This document shows, in pieces, positions 37,170 to 44,913 of a stretch of DNA of 64,000 nt. Made by a program: the position numbers and the translations under genes. The notes under the pieces are model-generated. The model was given only the letters and a program-made list of their open reading frames with translations. It was not told the DNA's origin and made no database searches. Source of the DNA: Betaproteobacteria bacterium. GTDB taxonomy: Bacteria; Pseudomonadota; Gammaproteobacteria; Burkholderiales; JACQAP01. The stretch is taken from assembly GCA_016194905.1 (NCBI GenBank), contig JACQAP010000005.1:205114-269113 (forward strand), in the 5' to 3' direction. The number at the start of each line of letters is the position of its first letter. Position 1 is the first letter of the stretch.

Positions 37170-37560
37170 AGAGGATCGTGCTTGGATGTGTCTGCAGGAC
37201 GACGCCGACGTAGCGCGCCTTGAACCCGGCTATTGGCACGATCGCAAGCGCATCAGTTTTGCCCGAAGAAGACCATGCGGTCTTCTTCGACGCGCGATAT
37301 AAAAGGCGAGCCGCAGGCCGGGATACCCCCGGGTCCAGGGAGGCAAGACTTGCGCGGAAGCACCGCGACCTTGGTGCGGCTCGCGAACCGGTTAAGCAGT
37401 ACGACAAAGGCGCCGTCAGCGCTGTCCAGCCAGCGCGCTGACCGATCATTTCGGCCTGCGTGCGCAGCTGCGTCGAATTCGTATGGGGGATGAAAGCTGG
37501 CCGGTTGCCAGCCCCTTATCGAAGGGAACACCGCCGTACCGGTAGAGCACTCACACCGGC
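37170..37560 (-). pseudogene. Decayed N-terminal (C39-like domain) fragment of a T1SS ABC transporter gene
   Basis: Split over two frames. PPYEFDAAAHAGRNDRSARW, AFVVLL, SPFISRVEEDRMVFFGQ and ALAIVPIAGFKARYVGVVLQ parallel PPYDFESVARAAGSLGLRAGW, PFVVLL, LAFVLRLEEDRVAFFEQG and HTILPLAEFELRYAGRVLQ of ORF 55236..55967. Confidence 0.55.
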
Positions 37561-37764
37561 AACTGATGAACGAGCACATACTTCCGCGCCCAACCCTCCT
37601 TCTGCTGCAGCCGTCCCGCGGAAAGCGGCTGCACCGCTCGCGGACCCAATTGCAGTCTCCCTTTTTATTTCATACCATTTCTGTTTTTATATGCTGGACG
37701 CATGTGCTCGCCATCTTTGTTTTTAACTTTATCTTGTATTTTGCTTTCTACGGCATCTGGAAAA

Positions 37765-37782
37765 TTTGTCAAATCTGACAAA
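37765..37782. promoter_or_regulatory. Conserved palindrome TTTGTCA-N4-TGACAAA upstream of the T1SS ABC remnant
   Basis: Perfect 7-4-7 palindrome within the block ttacggcatctggaaaatttgtcaa.tctgacaa, which is also found at 56070..56105. Confidence 0.3.
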
Positions 37783-38147
37783 ACGACAAGTTTGCACAGT
37801 CAACGGATCGGACGCCATCCGGACAAACTCTGCGGAGACCCTTCTAACATACTCAATTAAAATAAATATTGCGCCGAATCCATGAGCGATTATTTGATTG
37901 GGCGCACAAAATCTGTGCGACTCCCTCGCTTTGGACCTCTTAAAAATATTTTCACGCTGGTCTCGCCCTGTAGGACAAAAACCGATGCGCTGGTCGGAAA
38001 TAGGCGGCTGGCTGTCGAACTGAGATCAAAAAACGGCGGCCAAACGGCCACCCTCTTCGAATACATCGAGACCATCTGCATCCGATTGCCGCCTGCATGT
38101 CGACGCGCCACGCATGCATATCGCTGCCGGGGGCGCGACTGAAATAT

Positions 38148-38675
38148 TCAACGCTCCTGCCGTTTTGCTCGTCTCCACTCCCACGGCGGCATCGGCTTGG
38201 GGTCAGCCCACAGTCCGGCACGTCTCGCCCGCGCATCCCATTCGGCGAACCCATACCGCTCGCGCTCCTCGGGCGTCTGCTCTTCAGCATGCTGCTTGCG
38301 ATGCCACGCCAGACCCACAGCGATTTGAGCCAGTCCGACGTCCAGTGTCTTCGGGCATTCCAGTTGTACAGCGGGACAGGCGTCCGGCGCCGCAACCATC
38401 ACTTTGCCAACGATGCGTCCGTAACGATCGTACTTCTTGTAGCCCACCGTGACAGGCTTACCGTAGACCAGGCGGGAAAGATGTTGCTCCGATTGTTTAC
38501 CGAACGGTTGCACCTTCTCGGGCGCATCGATCCCGGAGAGTCGAACCTTGTGCTGTTTCTTTCTGGCGCCCTCGACGGTAATCGAGTCGCCGTTTTCGAC
38601 AGAAAGAACGCGGCCGCTCAAGGTTTCAGCGTGGGCGGCCGACGTGAACAGCAAGAGGACGAGGATCCAACGCAT
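38148..38675 (-). CDS. Secreted thermonuclease (staphylococcal nuclease homologue)
   Basis: Signal peptide MRWILVLLLFTSAAHA, then SNase motifs VRLSGIDAPE and DRYGRIVGKV. GGAGG before the ATG at 38675. Confidence 0.85.
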   Translation of the reverse strand: MRWILVLLLFTSAAHAETLSGRVLSVENGDSITVEGARKKQHKVRLSGIDAPEKVQPFGKQSEQHLSRLVYGKPVTVGYKKYDRYGRIVGKVMVAAPDACPAVQLECPKTLDVGLAQIAVGLAWHRKQHAEEQTPEERERYGFAEWDARARRAGLWADPKPMPPWEWRRAKRQER

Positions 38676-38728
38676 GAAAGCCTCCTTCCTGCTGGGCGAT
38701 ACAGCACATTTTTGATTAATATGACGAT

Positions 38729-39001
38729 ATGAGCACAATTAAAGGCCAGTCCGCAAGACGGCCGCGTCCGGTCGCAAGTTGCGTGCGTTGCGGCCGGCCG
38801 TATCAGACCGATCCGACAAAGACGAGTCTCTGTCTCGAGATCGATGCGAACGGCAAAGTTTGCGGCGGCCGCATCACGTGGCACTTTGACCAGAATGCCT
38901 GGATTGCGTGCGACGCCTGCGGAGCTACCGGAAGGCAAGACGAGATGCAATGCCCCGTTTGCTTCGGCACGGGCTGGTTGACCCGAAAGTCCACGGCATA
39001 A
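38729..39001 (+). CDS. Small Cys-rich zinc-finger-like hypothetical protein
   Basis: 90 aa with CVRCG, CGG, CDACGATG and CPVCFGTGW (DnaJ-type CxxCxGxG-like repeats). Confidence 0.4.
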   Translation: MSTIKGQSARRPRPVASCVRCGRPYQTDPTKTSLCLEIDANGKVCGGRITWHFDQNAWIACDACGATGRQDEMQCPVCFGTGWLTRKSTA

Positions 39002-39117
39002 TCCCGTTCCTGATGCAGCGCGAAGACGGGCACTGAAGCGCCACATCGGAAAATTGACCTTGCGCTTGATCAGACAAGACTGTATCCGGCCCTGTTTACT
39101 CGCCGTTTACCCGCCAA

Positions 39118-39149
39118 CAAAAACGGCCGGGACAATCCCGGCCGTTTTT
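39118..39149. terminator. Bidirectional rho-independent terminator
   Basis: aaaaacggccggg-acaa-tcccggccgttttt lies between convergent genes 38729..39001 (+) and 39156..39824 (-). Confidence 0.55.
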
Positions 39150-39155
39150 CATCGC

Positions 39156-39824
39156 TCAACCGTTTTTCTTGAAAATGCGGTCCAGGTGCTCCATGTCGTT
39201 CACCACCTTCCAGTCCGACGCGCCGGCGGTACGGGTACGCTTCTCCCACCACTCCAGCCGGTCAAGGTAGCGGCGCGGATCGACGTTGTCGGTGTTGAGC
39301 TTGGTGACATTCAGCGCAACAACGCGGATGCCATCGAGCTTGATCGGGATATCCCGCACCGTCTTGTAATCGAGTTCTTCCTGCATGTCGGAGAAGATGA
39401 CGATGGTCTTGCGCCCAGCCTGGGTCTCGTTCAAATACTCCGCTGCCTGGATGATGCCGCCGGTGATGTCGGTGTAGCGGCTTCCCTTTGCTTGTTGTTC
39501 GGCCTTGGTGAAGCTGGCGAACTGCTCGCTGAATGCGCGCTTCTGGGCATTTGCGGCGAGCGGGTCCTTGCCCAGGCTGACCTTGGCGATGATTTCCTTT
39601 TCGCTGAAGCTGCGGCTCTTCACCCGTCCGACCGCCAGCGCATCGCCGGGGTTGATCGTGCCCAGCAGGTAATTCATCACTGCTTGTGCTTTGTTCATTT
39701 CCCTGACGTAAGTGCCGGAGGTGTCGATCAGCACATACACCGCCTGGTTGTGGTTGACCTGCGGTCCGCAGGCGACGACAAACAGGAATGCCCCGAGTAT
39801 TCCAAGCGTCGATGCCGCTTTCAT
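39156..39824 (-). CDS. VWA-domain lipoprotein
   Basis: Lipobox FLFVVAC. VWA/MIDAS-like start VYVLIDTSGT and later TIVIFSDMQEE. ATGA overlap with the upstream membrane-protein gene. Confidence 0.65.
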   Translation of the reverse strand: MKAASTLGILGAFLFVVACGPQVNHNQAVYVLIDTSGTYVREMNKAQAVMNYLLGTINPGDALAVGRVKSRSFSEKEIIAKVSLGKDPLAANAQKRAFSEQFASFTKAEQQAKGSRYTDITGGIIQAAEYLNETQAGRKTIVIFSDMQEELDYKTVRDIPIKLDGIRVVALNVTKLNTDNVDPRRYLDRLEWWEKRTRTAGASDWKVVNDMEHLDRIFKKNG

Positions 39825-41296
39825 ATGGCCTCCTCGGATCCGGACGCGCGCTTGAGCGGCGGCACCGGCCGCAGCTTGTTGCGGCGCGCCGCCCCTTCGC
39901 GATAGCTCCCCACCCAACGCTCGATCGCGAGCGGCGCAAAGATCAGCACATCGTAGAGCATGATCACGAATCGACCTATTTCCTTCGCCATGTTGGAGGC
40001 GAAGCGCAGCACGAAAGCGAGTCCATGCAGCGCCAGCTCCAGGCCGGCGCCAAGCACCGTGCGGCCCGAATTGATGAAGGTCTCCAGCGGGATCGCCACG
40101 AACGCAAGCGCAAACGGCAGCGTGAAACCCAGGATCATCTGACCGAAGGTCGGGATGCGGGTCACCCAGCCGGCTTCGGCGTGTGCCGCGCCCGCAACCG
40201 AGCCGAGTTGCTGCTTGAGCGCCACGTCGGCGGAAATGATCGTGTCACGCATCACCGCCAGCGCGACTTCGACGCCGGCCAGTACCAGCAGGATGGTGAG
40301 CGACGCCCACATCAGGCGGCGGCGCATCTTCTCGGTAATGCTGCCGAACGGGAAGAGGCTGGTAAAGCGCAGCGTTTCCATCAGGAAGAGGCCCATCAGG
40401 GTTTCGAACAGGATGATTACCAGCGCCGCCACTTCCGATGCCTGAAGGGTATCGGTGATGTAATCGCCGCCGCCGACCATGGCCGACATCGGCAGCGCGA
40501 TCAGCTTGAAGTTGACATAGGCGCCGCCGAAAGCGATCAGCATCACCATGCCGGCGACGAAGAACTGCGTGGACGCCGACGACGCCAGCGCATGCGCAGC
40601 GTCATTGCCCCTGGCGGCGATGTTTTCCAGCTTCAGCACGTTGGCATCGATCTTTGCCGCGCTGACCTGCAGGCTGGTGATGTTGCGGTCCACTTGCGTC
40701 AGCGTCTGGCTCACGGAACGCCAGAAAGGCAGAAAGCCCTTCAGAATATGATGTCGCTCCTGGTAAGCGCTGCGGTACTCGGATACCACTTTCTGGTAGA
40801 TGTTGCCGAGCGCATCGCGGATTTCGATAAGAATGTGCTCGACCACCCCGTCACCGGATGCCTTGATCTTGGCGATCGCCTCGATCGCCTTCACCCAATC
40901 CGGCGGAGGCAGTGGCACTTCGCCTGACTTCTTGTAGTCCTCCTCAATGCGGGTGATCTCGTCCATGAGTTTCCGCTGCAGCACCGGATAGCCCTCCAGA
41001 TCGCGCTGCACCAGCATCGTGACGCGTTCGAACTCGCGCTCGATGGTCTGCTTCACTTCATGGCTGCCGTGCGCGAACAGCACTTGGCGGTTGCGGTTGC
41101 GCAGCCGGACAGCCGCGTCGGCAAGCCAGCGCGCGCCCAGCCGCAGCGGATTCGACACCGACCGCGACGCACTCCTGATCAGCGCATGCATGGGCCCGCG
41201 CGCCACGTAGAGGAACGGTACGGCGATCAGCAGCAGTATCAGCAGCGATGGCAGTACCCGGTCCGGCCAAATCAACAATGATTGTAGAAGCGACAT
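39821..41296 (-). CDS. Hypothetical large membrane protein (N-terminal TM, long helical soluble region, C-terminal polytopic domain)
   Basis: Start at MSLLQSLLIW with GGGGGAG upstream, inside ORF 39821..41398. No family recognised. Confidence 0.55.
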   Translation of the reverse strand: MSLLQSLLIWPDRVLPSLLILLLIAVPFLYVARGPMHALIRSASRSVSNPLRLGARWLADAAVRLRNRNRQVLFAHGSHEVKQTIEREFERVTMLVQRDLEGYPVLQRKLMDEITRIEEDYKKSGEVPLPPPDWVKAIEAIAKIKASGDGVVEHILIEIRDALGNIYQKVVSEYRSAYQERHHILKGFLPFWRSVSQTLTQVDRNITSLQVSAAKIDANVLKLENIAARGNDAAHALASSASTQFFVAGMVMLIAFGGAYVNFKLIALPMSAMVGGGDYITDTLQASEVAALVIILFETLMGLFLMETLRFTSLFPFGSITEKMRRRLMWASLTILLVLAGVEVALAVMRDTIISADVALKQQLGSVAGAAHAEAGWVTRIPTFGQMILGFTLPFALAFVAIPLETFINSGRTVLGAGLELALHGLAFVLRFASNMAKEIGRFVIMLYDVLIFAPLAIERWVGSYREGAARRNKLRPVPPLKRASGSEEAI

Positions 41297-41817
41297 GTCT
41301 CCCCCCTTGGGGTCTGGTTTATGCATCGGCAAAAAAAGCGCATTGACCCGTCTGCTACGTGCAACCGATGGGCCAGCAATCGCCCGCGCGCACCACATCC
41401 GGGCGGCATAGTTGCGGCGTGCTTACATCGCTGTTATTGCGCGGGTAAATCACGCAGAAAGTTGATGCAGGAAGCTCAACGGGGAACCGACTTGTCGTCT
41501 TTGAGCGACGAGCGGTGCCGCAATTGGGTATTCCATGGGCAGCCGGATGAAAGCACTTCCTATTTGCGGGCTCTACACGACCGGAGTCGGGTTATCGAGG
41601 TCTGGCGGTTGCTCGCATGAAACGGTTTCGAAGAACCGGAAAATGTCGGCAGTGATTACTGATGCATCGGTCGAGAAATAGTAGATGTGCTCGCCATCGG
41701 GAAGGTTCTGCAGAGAGAGTTTTGCGGAATTTTGGAGAGTCGGCGTTGGGGGGAAATGCGATCAGGCCTGCAGTGTGCATAAGTACTTTGCTCGATCAGC
41801 GAACTTGCGACAAAGCT

Positions 41818-43179
41818 CTACATCTCCCGCCCGGCTTCGTGTGCGACTTTTTGCACGGGTGACAACAGATACTCCATCACCGTGCGGCTGCCGAGATTGA
41901 CCTCGGCCGATACAAGCATGCCGGCGGAGACCCGGAATTGTTTGCCGTCGCGCTCGAGATAAGGCGAATCCAGCGCCACCAGCGTGCGGAACCCGGAGGG
42001 CGGCATGACATGTTCGCGGGTGTCCTTGCGGTCGCGCTCGCGCGTGTCGGGCAGTTCCGCCGCATCGGGGCTGATGGTTTCGACGTGGCCGTTGATCATG
42101 CCGTACTTGTTGAACGGGAACGCGGCGAGCTTGATCTTGACCGGCTGATTGACTTCCACCCATCCGGCATCTTCGTTGGTGACCCAGACTTCCGCCTTGA
42201 CCGGATCGTTGCGCGGCACCAGGGTCAGGAGAATGGTGCCGGGCGAGACCACGGTACCCGACGTATGCGTGGCGAGATCCTTCACGATGCCGTCCTGCGG
42301 GGCTTTGAGTTCCAGCAACTCGCGGCGGTAAGCCTGCTTGCCGGATTCCTGCTCCAGCCTTAAGCGTTGCCCGTTCGCCTCGCTGCGTTCATTCTGGAGT
42401 TGTTGCCGGTAGCTCGAGGTAATTTGCGCGAGCCGCTTGCGCGATTGTTCGATGCTGGCGCGCAGGCTGGCGACCTGGTGGGTCTGGGCTTTAAGTTCCT
42501 GCTCTTTCTCGATGCGCTCGCGCCTCTTGTCCAGCATCGCCAGCCGGGAGATGAAGCCATCCTTGGCGAGGTTCTGATGCGCGGCCTCCGTTTCCAGATA
42601 GATGGGTACGATCTGCTGGAGCCGGGATTCCATCTCCAGTGCGCCATTCAGGTCTTGCGCAGCTTTCGCCAGGGCCGCTTGCTCGCTGTCGAGCTGGCTC
42701 TCGTACGCCCTGCGGTTGGCCAGCGACTGCGCCGTAACCTGCTGAATGAGATCCACCCGATCCCCGGGTCTCGCGGTGAAGGGGACGCCGGCCAGTTCAG
42801 ATTCAATCCGGCGCAGTTGCAGGCGCCGGAGCATCAGATCCGTTTCCACGGTGGCCCGATCGGCGTCGGTGACTTCCGTGTCCATGCGCAGCAGCACCTG
42901 GCCCGCTTTGACTTCCTGCCCGTCCCCGACGAGGATTTCCCGCAGCACGCCGGAGTCGGCCGGCTGCAGGATCTTCACGTAACTGCTGGGAATGAGCTTG
43001 CCCTGTGCGACCGCGATGATGTCCAGCCGCCCGAAGCAGGCCCACGCCAGCATCACCGCGAAGAGCGCGATATAGAGAACGATGCGCGACAGCGGTGGCG
43101 GGTTCTCATGCTGAGCGCGCAGGATCGCGGGCGCGAAATCTAGTGCACCGGCCTCGGTGGAATGGATGCTCTTCGCCAT
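41818..43179 (-). CDS. hlyD: HlyD-family type I secretion membrane fusion protein
   Basis: 453 aa with one N-terminal TM, a long coiled coil and typical HlyD ends (GKLIPSSYVKILQP, RTVMEYLLSPV). AGGAGG before the ATG. Confidence 0.9.
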   Translation of the reverse strand: MAKSIHSTEAGALDFAPAILRAQHENPPPLSRIVLYIALFAVMLAWACFGRLDIIAVAQGKLIPSSYVKILQPADSGVLREILVGDGQEVKAGQVLLRMDTEVTDADRATVETDLMLRRLQLRRIESELAGVPFTARPGDRVDLIQQVTAQSLANRRAYESQLDSEQAALAKAAQDLNGALEMESRLQQIVPIYLETEAAHQNLAKDGFISRLAMLDKRRERIEKEQELKAQTHQVASLRASIEQSRKRLAQITSSYRQQLQNERSEANGQRLRLEQESGKQAYRRELLELKAPQDGIVKDLATHTSGTVVSPGTILLTLVPRNDPVKAEVWVTNEDAGWVEVNQPVKIKLAAFPFNKYGMINGHVETISPDAAELPDTRERDRKDTREHVMPPSGFRTLVALDSPYLERDGKQFRVSAGMLVSAEVNLGSRTVMEYLLSPVQKVAHEAGREM

Positions 43180-43199
43180 GCCCCCTCCTGGCCATCAGT

Positions 43200-43405
43200 T
43201 CACGACAGGCGGATCTGCCCTTGTTGAAGCTCAGCGAGCGTGCGCAGTGTCTGCGCGCTGCTGCCGAATTGCGCGGAATTGATGACGTCCTGCGCCGGCG
43301 TGAGTCCGATTCCGGTCAACGGTCCGCTCTTGCCGTATTGATAGGCCAGATCGCCGCCAAGGGCCGCCGTGTCGCTGCCCGACAGATGCGCGCCCTCTGT
43401 CGCTA
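43200..43405 (-). pseudogene. Probable C-terminal remnant of the T1SS ABC transporter ATPase
   Basis: The last ~65 codons of ORF 43200..43466 (GAHLSGSDTAALGGDLAYQYGKSGPLTGIG...FGSSAQTLRTLAELQQGQ) loosely fit the AHRLS...D.I.V...G....G end of T1SS ABC ATPases. Stop is 20 nt before hlyD. Upstream codons are AT-rich junk. Confidence 0.4.
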
Positions 43406-43431
43406 CAAATAGTCTATACCAGAGGGAAAAT

Positions 43432-43953
43432 TCACTTTTTCTTCTTGAGGTCGAAAAAATAGACATATTCTTTGGTCCAATCTGGCCGCAGGAAGATCAC
43501 GCGGCCTTCTTCCAGCGTCATAGCGCCACGGCATACAGCGCGACAAACTGACGCCTCTAGCTGATCCTTGAACTTCGCCGCCCACTGCCCATTACGCGGC
43601 TCTGGCCACAGATTGCGATGGTCGGTAGGGTGCCCGCCGAGGCATAGCGGGACCAAATGATCCTCTTCGTAGTCCGACGCTTTGCTGGATAGGCGCATTT
43701 CGCGCATCTGCTGCGCCTTCAGCCGGTTAGTGTATGAAGTCGGCGGCCGGACGGTGGCCGTCCAGCCGGGAACGCATATGGTCTGAGCAATATTGTCTGC
43801 CGTGACGTATTGACTGATGGCGCCTGGCGTTCGATCGCGATCCGGAACAAAGAATGCGGGCCCATGAGAATCGAGTTCGCTCTGGTCCGCAGAAGCGAAC
43901 TCCATCGCTGCAATGCACAGCAACCCAAGAAATCGACCCTGTGGCATTCGCAT
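43432..43953 (-). CDS. Secreted HNH-type nuclease-like protein
   Basis: Signal peptide MRMPQGRFLGLLCIAAMEFASA. HNH-like core EEDHLVPLCLGGHPTDHRNLWPEP. Confidence 0.6.
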   Translation of the reverse strand: MRMPQGRFLGLLCIAAMEFASADQSELDSHGPAFFVPDRDRTPGAISQYVTADNIAQTICVPGWTATVRPPTSYTNRLKAQQMREMRLSSKASDYEEDHLVPLCLGGHPTDHRNLWPEPRNGQWAAKFKDQLEASVCRAVCRGAMTLEEGRVIFLRPDWTKEYVYFFDLKKKK

Positions 43954-43986
43954 ATCATACTGAAGCCCAACGTTCAGGGATTTGCC

Positions 43987-44262
43987 ATGTCCGAAGCCAT
44001 AGCCCGATTCGCCGCCTTCCTGCAGTTATCAGACGACATGCTCATCCGTGCGGAGTGCGAGGATCTTGAGGAGTGCGTGAGGATTCTGGCAGTCCAGTGC
44101 GCTCACTATCAATCGAAGTTCGGGAAATTGCCGATGTCGGACACGCTTGAAGTCCTCTCAAGCGAGACGATGAATGACGAGCAAGCCAAGTGGATCGGGG
44201 ACGGTCTGGAAATGGTAGTTGGCGTTCTGGGGATGCTGGAGCAGGAGCATGCAAAGCATTAG
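43987..44262 (+). CDS. Small hypothetical acidic protein
   Basis: 91-aa ORF from the internal ATG of 43810..44262. No recognisable family or strong RBS. Confidence 0.3.
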   Translation: MSEAIARFAAFLQLSDDMLIRAECEDLEECVRILAVQCAHYQSKFGKLPMSDTLEVLSSETMNDEQAKWIGDGLEMVVGVLGMLEQEHAKH

Positions 44263-44780
44263 GCTGCTTCATGAAGTCACTGTTATGGCGAGATGCCTAA
44301 GTCATGTTGATATCGATTTTCTGAATGCCTGTTTTCGACCTATTCTGTTGAAAAACTCCAATTTGCATGCACCCGGAATTATTGCGAGAGTGCATTGCAA
44401 TTGACAATTCATTCGACGAATCGTCGAAGCGTTTGTTAGAAGGCTCGTGGTCGCGCGCAGCAGTAGATCGCATGCCCCCCACGTCCGAGAAGGACCGACG
44501 CCCCTGCGGGCCTGAAATTTTTCGGGTAGCTCCTGAAAAGGTGTTTTTCAACAGATATAGACCCTAAGCTGCCGGTCAGGTGTTCGGAAAGCAGCCGTTC
44601 AACGTACTGCGCGTAGTCGGCTCGCAAACGGCAAGCGAAGCGCCGCTGTTCGCGAGTCCGTGCTGACGCGCAGGTTAGAGGGCATGGTTTCTTTGAGAGC
44701 GATGTGCCGGCCAGACACGCATCGACCCCTCCCCGGCTTCGTCCCGTCGTGACTTGCCTGGAGCGTTATTGTCGTATCGA

Positions 44781-44868
44781 TGATGACCAATCATCTTCAC
44801 CTCGCCTTGCAGATGGGCGATGTGAACTCTCGGCGGGCATGCAGAACCTGTCGTTTCGATATACCCGC
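44781..44868 (+). pseudogene. Internal fragment of a RAYT/IS200-like transposase gene
   Basis: Hand alignment to 50282..50370 of the intact gene (HUH region SNHLHLALQ.GD...SAGMQNLSFRYTR): about nine mismatches and one 1-nt indel. Confidence 0.75.
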
Positions 44869-44913
44869 CGTGTCCTATCCGTGATCAAGTGGTGCAGTTA
44901 AATGCTGAATCCA

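Noticed and set aside
43395-43440. Possible direct repeat marking the island ends (ccagagggaaaattcact at the left junction versus ccagattaaccttcact near 55251..55267).
   Set aside because: Only about 11 scattered matching bases, which is compatible with chance. Not used as att-site evidence.
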